From Clostridia bacterium (GTDB lineage: Bacteria > Bacillota > Sulfobacillia > SLMV01): DNA of 57,366 nucleotides. The stretch lies in NCBI GenBank assembly GCA_003566675.1, contig PXCI01000054.1, positions 1-57,366 on the forward strand. The letters are read 5' to 3'. Shown in pieces: positions 1-7,718 of this stretch (its first letter is position 1; every line of letters starts with the position of its first letter). A program made the position numbers and the translations under genes. The notes under the pieces were generated by a model. That model was given only the letters and a program-made list of their open reading frames with translations. It was not told where the DNA came from and searched no databases.

Positions 1-82
1 GAAGACCTGTAATATCCCGCTCGACTTGCATGTATCAAGCACGCCGCCAGCGTTCGTCCTGAGCCAGGATCAAACTCTCCAC
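1..82 (-). rRNA. rrs: 16S ribosomal RNA, 5' end only (gene continues beyond the left window edge)
   Basis: The reverse complement of 1-82 reads TGGAGAGTTTGATCCTGGCTCAGGACGAACGCTGGCGGCGTGCTTGATACATGCAAGTCGAGCGG, the universal 16S 5' region (27F primer site). Confidence 0.95.
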
Positions 83-190
83 TTGTATCTTCATGCGATC
101 CCGAAAGACCACATCGTGAACAATCCTAGCTCCCCTGCTACCGTAATCCTTAAAGTTCCGCCTGGAACTTCCCTCATCAGAACACTGTTC

Positions 191-204
191 ACTTGTCAAA
201 GACC
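191..204 (-). promoter_or_regulatory. boxA-like antitermination element in the rrn leader
   Basis: The minus strand reads GGTCTTTGACAAGT, which resembles the rrn boxA consensus (TGCTCTTTAACAA). It lies between the promoters and mature 16S. Confidence 0.3.
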
Positions 205-225
205 GAAGTTTCGTCGCAGCATCTA

Positions 226-254
226 ATCTTAACATTTTCCGGCTACTCTGTCAA
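226..254 (-). promoter_or_regulatory. sigma-A type promoter (rrn P3)
   Basis: Minus strand: TTGACA (254-249), 17-nt spacer, TAAGAT (231-226). Confidence 0.55.
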
Positions 255-289
255 GAATGGGGCGGCGTTTCTTCCGTCGCCCGTAGGCC

Positions 290-317
290 ATTGTATCACG
301 GATCCTGCCGGAGTCAA
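290..317 (-). promoter_or_regulatory. sigma-A type promoter (rrn P2)
   Basis: Minus strand: TTGACT (317-312), 16-nt spacer, TACAAT (295-290). It lies inside copy A of a ~59-bp direct repeat. Confidence 0.6.
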
Positions 318-387
318 GCTGTCTTTTTGAACGGACGCTTCTCCTTGTTGCAGATTCCAGGCGCCGCTTCTTCCGTCGCCGTAGGCC

Positions 388-415
388 ATTCTATCACGGA
401 TCCTATCGGAGTCAA
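388..415 (-). promoter_or_regulatory. sigma-A type promoter (rrn P1)
   Basis: Minus strand: TTGACT (415-410), 16-nt spacer, TAGAAT (393-388). It lies inside copy B of the direct repeat. Confidence 0.6.
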
Positions 416-467
416 AGCCCCTGTTGACTAGCGTTATGTCCGTGGTGTGTATCGAAGGGGACAAAAA

Positions 468-543
468 TGGTACCCCGTAGGGGAGTCGAACCCCTGCTAC
501 CGGCGTGAGAGGCCGGCGTCCTAGGCCACTAGACGAACGGGGC
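468..543 (-). tRNA. tRNA-Glu (anticodon CTC), CCA encoded
   Basis: The reverse complement GCCCCGTTCGTCTAGTGGCCTAGGACGCCGGCCTCTCACGCCGGTAGCAGGGGTTCGACTCCCCTACGGGGTACCA folds as a cloverleaf. Anticodon stem CCGGC/GCCGG, loop CTCTCAC. Confidence 0.9.
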
Positions 544-560
544 ACCTCAAGAATGACTGC

Positions 561-634
561 TGGCTGGGGGAGGAGGATTCGAACCTCCACAACTAGATCC
601 AGAGTCTAGCGTCCTGCCGTTAGACGATCCCCCA
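561..634 (-). tRNA. tRNA-Gln (anticodon CTG), CCA encoded
   Basis: The reverse complement TGGGGGATCGTCTAACGGCAGGACGCTAGACTCTGGATCTAGTTGTGGAGGTTCGAATCCTCCTCCCCCAGCCA has acceptor TGGGGGA/TCCCCCA and anticodon loop CTCTGGA. Confidence 0.9.
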
Positions 635-684
635 AGCCTATAACTTCTCTTATAAAGACCTCTTTCTCACATGACGCAGTAAGC

Positions 685-713
685 ATTATAGCACCGACTT
701 CGCGGCAAATCAA
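685..713 (-). promoter_or_regulatory. sigma-A promoter upstream of tRNA-Gln/tRNA-Glu
   Basis: Minus strand: TTGATT (713-708), 17-nt spacer, TGcTATAAT extended -10 (-10 hexamer at 690-685). It sits about 50 nt upstream of the tRNA-Gln 5' end. Confidence 0.6.
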
Positions 714-731
714 GTCGAAATGACCCCAATT

Positions 732-1337
732 TTACTCGGCACCAGAATTGCCTCTCAACACATCATCTGGATCCTCCAGGGGTATCTGCGAGAGCCGCCT
801 GGCCAGGAAGCCTCCCCGGGCTATGCGAGGTTCCATGGTCAGCACGAAAGCGCTGGGCTCGATGTCATCAATCAGCCTTTTGAGATCCGGCGTGAGTCTC
901 CTACGATAGAACACCAAAAGCACCTGTCGCATGGAGTTTCGTCCCTCGCCTGCCCATGTGGTTACAGCGAACCCACAGCGACGCAACTGCTTTCCAAGGG
1001 TCGATGCCTCAGGCACGACTGCCAGAACCAGGGAATACCCAAGGGCCAACCGCTCTTCCAGCCACATCCCGAGGGCCGTACCCGCCGCGTATCCTCCCGC
1101 GTAGGCAACCAATCGCACCGGATCGGAAAGGTTGGTGACAACGAGGGAAAGCGCATAGACCCAGACGGCCACTTCAAAGAAACTCATAGCCGTAGCTGCG
1201 GTGCGATTGCCCTTCATAAGTAGTATCCACCGGAGCGTCATTGTGGACACATAGATCACCTGCGCCAGAAAAATGATCGCTATGTCCAGGGCGGGCCCCT
1301 CAATTCCACGTAGCATAATCATTCCACGGAGCATCAA
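732..1337 (-). CDS. UPF0316 (YebE-like, DUF2179) membrane protein
   Basis: 201-aa ORF with three N-terminal TM helices and a C-terminal soluble domain (GFAVTTWAGEGRNSMRQVLLVF). The layout resembles B. subtilis UPF0316 proteins. The start could be one of several Met codons within the first 8 residues. Confidence 0.75.
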   Translation of the reverse strand: MMLRGMIMLRGIEGPALDIAIIFLAQVIYVSTMTLRWILLMKGNRTAATAMSFFEVAVWVYALSLVVTNLSDPVRLVAYAGGYAAGTALGMWLEERLALGYSLVLAVVPEASTLGKQLRRCGFAVTTWAGEGRNSMRQVLLVFYRRRLTPDLKRLIDDIEPSAFVLTMEPRIARGGFLARRLSQIPLEDPDDVLRGNSGAE

Positions 1338-1346
1338 TCACGCAAC

Positions 1347-1377
1347 GCGGGGGCGGATGCCTCATCAACGCCCCCGC
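1347..1377 (-). terminator. GC-rich hairpin downstream of the por operon
   Basis: GCGGGGGCG (1347-1355) pairs with CGCCCCCGC (1369-1377): a 9-bp stem with a 13-nt loop, 29 nt after the porB stop. The U-tract is weak. Confidence 0.4.
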
Positions 1378-1405
1378 ATTCAACGTGTACGAACACATTC
1401 AGTTT

Positions 1406-2356
1406 CTATTCTGAACTGCTACCTTCACCGTCCAGGCGCAGAAGCCGTTGCCAGTTCCGATCCACCTCAGCCTGCAGGTCGTCGAGGATCGGGCGGTTCT
1501 CTTCACGGAACAGATGACGGAAACGCCCCTGGCGCTTCAACCAAGCCTCAACCGGCTTCTTCTCTCTGGGGCGATAGGTGATCTTCCAATCTCCCTCATT
1601 TACCTCAAACAGCGGCCAGTAACAAGTATCCGCCGCCTCGCGGAGAATATCAATTGTCTCCTCCGGAGGGACGCGCCAGCCGCGAGGACACGGAGCCAGG
1701 ACATTTATAAAAGCCGGGCCATCGACTGCAAGGGCCTTCTCGGTCTTGGTCACCAGGTCCCGCCAATGCGCCGGAGTCGTCTGGGCTACATAGGGGATGT
1801 TATGAGCCGCCATGATCGCGGTCAGGTCCTTGCGATGCTCGGGCTTTCCCGGAATCTTCTTGCCCGCTGGACTCGTGGTTGTGTCGGCACCCCTGGGGGT
1901 GGCACTGGATCTCTGAATTCCGGTATTCATATATGCCCCATTGTCATAGCATACGTACACCATGTTATGACCGCGCTCCATCGCCCCGGAAAGGGACTGT
2001 AATCCAATGTCGTAGGTTCCCCCATCGCCACCGAAGGCGATAAACTTAATATCTCTATCGATCTTCCCCTGGGCCTTCAGAGAACGATACGCAGCCTCCA
2101 CACCGCTCAGGGTTGCCGCGGAATTTTCGAAGGCGCTGTGGATCAGCGAGTTATTCCAGGCAGTGTACGGATAGATGGTGGTGGCCACCTCGAGACAGCC
2201 AGTGGACACCGAAGAAACAATCGGAGTATCGCCAGCAGCAGCCATCATCTGTCTGACCATGATGGGAGCACCACAGCCGGCGCACAGACGATGCCCGCCC
2301 GTCAGGGAGACCTCCCTTTTTGATAGTTCACGCAAATTGGTCGCCACAGATCTCAC
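1406..2356 (-). CDS. porB: 2-oxoacid (pyruvate/2-ketoisovalerate):ferredoxin oxidoreductase, beta (TPP-binding) subunit
   Basis: 316 aa. Contains the N-terminal Cys cluster motif CAGCGAPI and the GDGGTYDIG TPP-binding motif. It is last in a gamma-delta-alpha-beta gene order. Confidence 0.9.
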   Translation of the reverse strand: MRSVATNLRELSKREVSLTGGHRLCAGCGAPIMVRQMMAAAGDTPIVSSVSTGCLEVATTIYPYTAWNNSLIHSAFENSAATLSGVEAAYRSLKAQGKIDRDIKFIAFGGDGGTYDIGLQSLSGAMERGHNMVYVCYDNGAYMNTGIQRSSATPRGADTTTSPAGKKIPGKPEHRKDLTAIMAAHNIPYVAQTTPAHWRDLVTKTEKALAVDGPAFINVLAPCPRGWRVPPEETIDILREAADTCYWPLFEVNEGDWKITYRPREKKPVEAWLKRQGRFRHLFREENRPILDDLQAEVDRNWQRLLRLDGEGSSSE

Positions 2357-2362
2357 CCTTCC

Positions 2363-3565
2363 CTACTCGCGGACGCCCAGATACGTTATCGGCCGAGTAA
2401 TCCGGCCTGTACGAGCAACCTCAAGGGTTTCGTCGAACACTCTGCGGATGTCTTCAGGTCGGATATCGCGTCCACCCAGCCCATACACGTAATTACTCAC
2501 CAGGGGACGTTGCTCACAATCATACAGCGCATGGCGAACCGCATGGTAGACCGGTCCACCAGCCGTAGAGAACGTGTCGGAGCGATCCATCACCGAAACC
2601 GCAGGATGTCCGGCTAATGCCCTGACAATCTGCTGTGTCGGAAGGGGCCTCATAACCCGCACCTTCAGAAGGCCCACCTTCTGACCCTCTGAGCGCATGG
2701 CATCGACGACGTCCTTTGCCGTACCCGCAGTGCTACCGAGCACAATAATGATGCCATCTGCATCCTCTGTTCGGTACTCTTCAAAAAAACCGTAGTCCCG
2801 CCCAGACAGTGCGCTGAACTTCCGACCAATCTCAGGTATCACTTCGAGGGCTTTATACGAGCCCTCAATCTGCTGTCTTTTGTGTTCAAAAAACCAGTCC
2901 TGCAGATCCAGGGGCCCAACCGTGATCGGGTTGTCGACATCCAGAAGCGTGTATGCCGCTTCATAGGCGCCGATGAACTCGCGTACCGTGTCATCGGTCA
3001 GAACATGGAGGTTGTCCAGGGCATGGCTGATAATGAAACCGTCCATGCAGACCATAACGGGCAACTGAACCTCGGGGTGTTCCGCGATTCGCACCGCCTG
3101 GACTACATTGTCGTAGGCCTCCTGTGCATTCTCGGAATAGAGCTGGATCCATCCTGAATCTCTAGCTCCCATACTATCCGAATGATCACAATGTATGTTG
3201 ATAGGTCCGCTGAGCGCCCGATTAACCACGGGCATGACGATGGGGAGGCGGTTCGACGCTGCGATATACACCATCTCCCACATCAGGGCCAGGCCGTTTG
3301 CTGACGTGGCTGTCATAGCCCTTGCTCCAGCGGCGGCAGATCCGATCACCGCGCTCATGGCACTGTGTTCGCTCTCAACCCGAACGAACTCGGTGTCCAC
3401 ATCTCCATCGGCGACGAAACTGGAGAACATCTGGACGATCTCTGTTTGTGGGGTTATGGGATATGCCGCAACCACATCGGGGTTAATCTGTCTCATGGCC
3501 TGGGCAACTGCCTCATTTCCCGTGAGGGCCACACGCGACTGCGTGGCTGAGCTCATCAGTTTCAT
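2363..3565 (-). CDS. porA: 2-oxoacid:ferredoxin oxidoreductase, alpha subunit
   Basis: 400 aa. The N-terminus LTGNEAVAQAMRQINPDVVAAYPITPQTEIV is typical of PorA/VorA. A 6-nt gap separates it from porB. Confidence 0.9.
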   Translation of the reverse strand: MKLMSSATQSRVALTGNEAVAQAMRQINPDVVAAYPITPQTEIVQMFSSFVADGDVDTEFVRVESEHSAMSAVIGSAAAGARAMTATSANGLALMWEMVYIAASNRLPIVMPVVNRALSGPINIHCDHSDSMGARDSGWIQLYSENAQEAYDNVVQAVRIAEHPEVQLPVMVCMDGFIISHALDNLHVLTDDTVREFIGAYEAAYTLLDVDNPITVGPLDLQDWFFEHKRQQIEGSYKALEVIPEIGRKFSALSGRDYGFFEEYRTEDADGIIIVLGSTAGTAKDVVDAMRSEGQKVGLLKVRVMRPLPTQQIVRALAGHPAVSVMDRSDTFSTAGGPVYHAVRHALYDCEQRPLVSNYVYGLGGRDIRPEDIRRVFDETLEVARTGRITRPITYLGVRE

Positions 3566-3586
3566 CTCCTCTCATGCAGTATCAGA

Positions 3587-3928
3587 CTACTCCTCAGGTT
3601 CCATTTCCAGCGCACCATCAGCCGGGCATTCAAAGGCACAAATCCCGCAGCCCTTGCAGTGGAAGAGATTGATGCCGGTTACCTCGCCTTCATCATTGAC
3701 CTCTATGGCCGAATCCGGACAGTACACCCAGCACATTCGACACTGGATGCAGGGTTCAGGATCATAGATTGGGCGCATGCTCCTCCAGTCGCCGGTCTCA
3801 TACGTCCGCGCATTTCCGCCCCAGAGCACAACACCACCCCATGGGACTTCCTTCCAAGTATCACCGGGTTTTGGCGTATTGGGGAACTTCTTTTTTCGGG
3901 AACAGGGAGCTCCTTCTTTCGCTTTCAC
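3587..3928 (-). CDS. porD: 2-oxoacid:ferredoxin oxidoreductase, delta subunit (2x[4Fe-4S] ferredoxin)
   Basis: 113 aa with two Cys motifs, CIQCRMCWVYCP and CKGCGICAFECP. Its start overlaps the porG stop by 4 nt. Confidence 0.85.
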   Translation of the reverse strand: MKAKEGAPCSRKKKFPNTPKPGDTWKEVPWGGVVLWGGNARTYETGDWRSMRPIYDPEPCIQCRMCWVYCPDSAIEVNDEGEVTGINLFHCKGCGICAFECPADGALEMEPEE

Positions 3929-4503
3929 TCGCCCTGCACCTCCTTGTAAGCACGTTCGATGGCTTTCAGGTTGCCCTCGACGATCTCCGGGCGACTTCCG
4001 AATTTCTTCTCAAGCTGCTTTTCCATGGACTCTATGAACAGATCATATTCCAGCACTCCAGTGGCCCGTATCACCGCTCCAAGCATCGGGGTGTTCGGGA
4101 TCGGGCGTCCCAGCGTCTCCATCGCAATCCGATCAGCATCAACTGTAAATACGCTTCGCCCCTCAAGACCTATTAGTTCCCGCATGGCTGCAGGCCCCTT
4201 GTCCGTGTTCACAACAACTACGCCATCTTCGGTGAGACCATCTGCCACGCCCACAGATCGGACCAGGCTGGCATCAAGCACAGCTACCACGCTCGGCGCT
4301 GACACTGCCGAGTGTATCCTGATTGGAACAGAGGCAATCCGGTTGAATGAAGCAACCGGAGCACCCATGCGTTCTGGCCCGTACTCTGGGAAAGCCTGTA
4401 TGTACTCTCCAGCTTCTGACGCAGCTTCAGCAAGCAAGTTGGCGGCCGTCTTAGCCCCCTGCCCTCCGCGACCGTGCCATCTGATCTCCAGTATTTTGTC
4501 CAT
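3925..4503 (-). CDS. porG: 2-oxoacid:ferredoxin oxidoreductase, gamma subunit
   Basis: 192 aa. The N-terminus IRWHGRGGQGAKTAANLLAEA is the conserved gamma-subunit motif. SD GGAGGATACAC precedes the ATG. Confidence 0.9.
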   Translation of the reverse strand: MDKILEIRWHGRGGQGAKTAANLLAEAASEAGEYIQAFPEYGPERMGAPVASFNRIASVPIRIHSAVSAPSVVAVLDASLVRSVGVADGLTEDGVVVVNTDKGPAAMRELIGLEGRSVFTVDADRIAMETLGRPIPNTPMLGAVIRATGVLEYDLFIESMEKQLEKKFGSRPEIVEGNLKAIERAYKEVQGE

Positions 4504-4714
4504 GTGTATCCTCCTAACCTCCCTATCTTGTACGAGGAACCCCAGGACCCAACATCATCTATCAAACACCATCTACCTGACCCAGGCAAACCGATCATGC
4601 TGCAAATCCAGACCAGATACACCGAGTCTGACAACCGGGGAAGGCGACCATGTCCCGATTCGCTCATCGTGCCTGCGCACGCTCATTCGCAGACGATTGC
4701 TTGTCAGCAAATGT

Positions 4715-4743
4715 AGTCTAACACGGTACCCCAGAAGCGTCAA
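4715..4743 (-). promoter_or_regulatory. candidate sigma-A promoter of the por operon
   Basis: Minus strand: TTGACG (4743-4738), 17-nt spacer, TGtTAGACT extended -10 (4720-4715). This implies a ~200-nt 5' leader. Confidence 0.45.
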
Positions 4744-5593
4744 GAAACGGCGACGACCGCAGAATATGACAGTGTGGGACGCCAATTCCGGAATACACCT
4801 CCCCCGACATCTCCATGCAAACCCCCCACCTCACGCGAGTAATGCACTGGCCCTTCGCCGGGGCTATCAATCGCAATAAGACGCGATCATTATGATCCTT
4901 AAAGGACTAACTGCCCACAATATCTTCACAATTCGGCTTTGTCCTGGGAGTGACGCGGTGCGTACCGGATTCCGCAATTTTTGACAGACGACTCTCCGTT
5001 CGCAATTTATGGATGTCCGGGTAGGATCGAACAAGATGACTCCGATGGCGCAGTATAAGTCGCTCGGAGCACCTTCATCTCCATCAGGATATGGGCTTCG
5101 CACGTCGAAAGACAGACCCGATCAAACTCTTTCGCACCAGCCCACTAGGAGTTTACCTCTGTGTGGGCTGGCCGCAAAGAGACGAAATCACCCCGCATTG
5201 ATCCGAGTGCTGTCCACAAAGGAAATTGCGATGGGCCCCCGGCTAAGGAGGACGAGACGCTTCACAGATCCCTGTAGATTCAAGTAGATATCTGGCGAAC
5301 AGATCATGAAATATCCTCTACCGGCACAAAAGACGCTGCGGGTGCCCTCGATTCTGCGGCAGGATCAGGGAAGGCCATCTTGACCCTACACTGGTGAGAC
5401 AATTGGATCAATAATTGAGGTAGGGGATTTTCTCATCCCGACGGGAGAATTCTTGATCTGAACTGCGGGTGCGCAATGCGGGGCGAGCCTGAGCAAAATC
5501 CTGACGTTATCTGTGCGATCAGCCTCCAGGAACATCAACTGAAGTGATGACCTACATGTTGGTGCGAAGGTTGCCACACCACTGAGAGGGACT

Positions 5594-5875
5594 ATGGAAT
5601 CCAAGAACCCAACTCGAGAAGAAGAAACACGTCCTTATATACACGTATGCAACACGCGATCCATAAGTAGCGAAACGTTTGATGAGATCGCGAAGCTCAT
5701 CATACCTGTCCACGCAAAAACCCTAGGCGAATGTCTCGAAATTGCGCGGGCTGCAAGTGTCTCCCGTTCGAGAAGCCCGCAGACGTATCTGGAGTGTGCC
5801 AGTCTTGCCATAGTCGAATGGAGGTCAGTTACGACGACCTACATCCATCTGACCATTGAGGCGCTGGAAAGATGA
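5594..5875 (+). CDS. hypothetical protein (orphan ORF, weak support)
   Basis: 93-aa ORF preceded by GAGAGGGACT-ATG. No recognisable motifs. It is the only plausible ORF in the 4744-5905 gap. Confidence 0.25.
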   Translation: MESKNPTREEETRPYIHVCNTRSISSETFDEIAKLIIPVHAKTLGECLEIARAASVSRSRSPQTYLECASLAIVEWRSVTTTYIHLTIEALER

Positions 5876-5905
5876 TCTGCCTGCCACGATTCGCAAACAA
5901 TTTAG

Positions 5906-6175
5906 CTAGCTCATATACTGGATTATTGTCAGGATGACCACTCCCGGAATCCCGAGAAAGCCTGCAATCAGCGCCGTCAGCGGATTAATGGCGATATGCA
6001 GCCCCACAACTGATCCGACCAGGTTGAGAAGCCAGAGTACAACTCCTCCGATCAGCCCATTATACAGGACGACTAAAAGCCAGCGCATGGGCAAATAGAA
6101 GAGCCGCACGACCACGTAGATCAAGAGGAGCCCAAATAGGAAAGCAAATACTACCGAGTAGTCCACCTTAGCCAC
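5906..6175 (-). CDS. bofA: pro-sigma-K processing inhibitor BofA
   Basis: 89 aa with two TM helices. The C-terminal INPLTALIAGFLGIPGVVILTIIQY resembles B. subtilis BofA. It is syntenic downstream of recR-yaaL. Confidence 0.85.
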   Translation of the reverse strand: MAKVDYSVVFAFLFGLLLIYVVVRLFYLPMRWLLVVLYNGLIGGVVLWLLNLVGSVVGLHIAINPLTALIAGFLGIPGVVILTIIQYMS

Positions 6176-6275
6176 CTCGGTATAATAATATGTTCAGCAT
6201 CATGGATTATGTCTGATAATGAATCAGAGCTGGCTTCAGTCCGTGGGGAGAGCGACGGTCTTGAACCTCGCGGAG

Positions 6276-6566
6276 TTAACCACCCTTCAACTCGCGGCGC
6301 ACCTGATCCAGAAGGTAGGCATACTTCTTTTCCGCAGCGGCCAGCAGATGGATCGCGTGATCAACAAGGGCGGGGTCTGAGACGTTTTGGAAATAAGCCT
6401 CTGCCTCTTTCCATTCCCGGTGCGCCTCATCAACAGAACTCCACCACTGCTGTTCCTGACCCGACAGACCGAGGTCCGTGGGGGGATTGAGGCGATCTGA
6501 GAGACCTCCAATCAACCGGCTGGCCCTCTGTCTCACCTCACCAGAGATCTCCTGATCTTTACTCAT
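6276..6566 (-). CDS. yaaL: YaaL-like DUF2508 protein
   Basis: The motif W-x2-A-x3-F...DPALVDHAIHLLAAAEKKYAYLL matches the YaaL family. Its position between recR and bofA matches B. subtilis. The start was chosen at the Met with SD AGAGGA about 9 nt upstream; the long ORF to 6728 is unlikely. Confidence 0.75.
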   Translation of the reverse strand: MSKDQEISGEVRQRASRLIGGLSDRLNPPTDLGLSGQEQQWWSSVDEAHREWKEAEAYFQNVSDPALVDHAIHLLAAAEKKYAYLLDQVRRELKGG

Positions 6567-6749
6567 CTCTCCCATCCTCTCAAAAAGGCATGCAGACAAA
6601 CCCATCCCTATACATATGCCAGATGAACGAAAAACGTACTCACTGATACATATATATTTCCAAGATTGATTGGGTTTATGTGCCAGGGGATGAAATAAGA
6701 AGGAAAGGGGTGCCTGCTGCATACACACATCCAGGCACCCAGAAAGACT

Positions 6750-7355
6750 CTAGGTGAGAGGATAGCGGCCCAGAAGGGCGCGACTCAATGTGGCCTCGTC
6801 GGCATAGTCGAGGTTTCCCCCCTCGGGGAGACCGCGTGCGATACGGGTAACCTCCACTTCCAACGGTTGGACAAGACGGGCGAGATACATGGCCGTTGCC
6901 TCTCCCTCTACCGTTGGATCTGTGGCGACTATCACCTCTCGAACGGTGCCATCTCGGAGACGCTCCAGCAGTTCCCGAATGCGAATATCATCGGGACCCA
7001 CTCCGTCCATGGGTGATATCAGACCGCCCAGGACATGATAGAGCCCATCATAGTCCCGGGTCCTTTCCATGGCCACCACATCGGAGGAATCCTCTACCAC
7101 GCAGATGATGCTGGATTCCCGCGACTCATCACTGCAAATCTCACATCTATCACTGTCGGTCAGATTGGTGCAGATTGAGCAGTAGCGAACCTTCTGCCTG
7201 CCGCTGACCAGGGCAGTAGCCAAAGCCACGACTTCCTCTTCAGGCCTCTTTATGATGTGCATAGCCAAGCGCTGGGCGCTCTTGGGGCCGATCCCCGGCA
7301 GCTTCGCCAGTTCCTCAATGAGCTGAGCGACCGGAGGCGCAAAGAACGAAGACAA
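6750..7355 (-). CDS. recR: recombination protein RecR
   Basis: 201 aa. Contains the HhH motif LPGIGPKSAQRLA, the C4 zinc finger CSICTNLTDSDRCEIC, and a Toprim domain. Confidence 0.95.
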   Translation of the reverse strand: MSSFFAPPVAQLIEELAKLPGIGPKSAQRLAMHIIKRPEEEVVALATALVSGRQKVRYCSICTNLTDSDRCEICSDESRESSIICVVEDSSDVVAMERTRDYDGLYHVLGGLISPMDGVGPDDIRIRELLERLRDGTVREVIVATDPTVEGEATAMYLARLVQPLEVEVTRIARGLPEGGNLDYADEATLSRALLGRYPLT

Positions 7356-7369
7356 CAGTTACCCTCTCC

Positions 7370-7699
7370 TCAACTGGTAAATCCGGGGATATTGGGAAGA
7401 TTCAATCCCCCTGTAATCTTCTCCATCTCGGAACTGACCATATCTCTGGCTGAACGCAACCCTTGATTGACCGCAGCAATGATCAGATCCCGCAGCATAT
7501 CGATATCATCGGGATCTACGACATCGGGATCAACCTCTATATCCACGACTTCGAGGGCTCCATTGCACACTACGCGAACAACTCCTCCACCCGCCTGCGC
7601 CTCAACCGTCTTCTGGTCTAAAGAGTCCTGAAGATCTTCCATGTCCTTCTGCATCTGTTGAATCTGCTGCATCATCTTTCCCATGTTTCCAAAGCCCAC
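7370..7699 (-). CDS. ybaB: nucleoid-associated protein YbaB/EbfC
   Basis: The motif GNMGKMMQQIQQMQKDMEDLQ...GGGVVRVVCNG is typical of YbaB. The GTG start at 7699 has SD GGAGA 6 nt upstream. The 135-aa ORF from 7777 would overlap dnaX. Confidence 0.85.
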   Translation of the reverse strand: MGFGNMGKMMQQIQQMQKDMEDLQDSLDQKTVEAQAGGGVVRVVCNGALEVVDIEVDPDVVDPDDIDMLRDLIIAAVNQGLRSARDMVSSEMEKITGGLNLPNIPGFTS

Positions 7700-7718
7700 A
7701 ATCATTCTCCTCTCAAAA

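Larger units (their letters stand above)
261..418. repeat. Two imperfect ~59-bp direct repeats (261-319 and 360-418), each carrying a promoter
   Basis: Hand alignment of ggcggcgtttcttccgtcgcccgtaggccattgtatcacggatcctgccggagtcaagc against ggcgccgcttcttccgtcgccgtaggccattctatcacggatcctatcggagtcaaagc gives about 52 of 59 identical positions with 2 single-nt indels. Confidence 0.85.

Noticed and set aside
3959-4879. 306-aa plus-strand ORF
   Set aside because: It is antisense to porG. The translation is S/P/R/T-rich with no motifs and it runs through the por promoter and leader. It is a shadow ORF.
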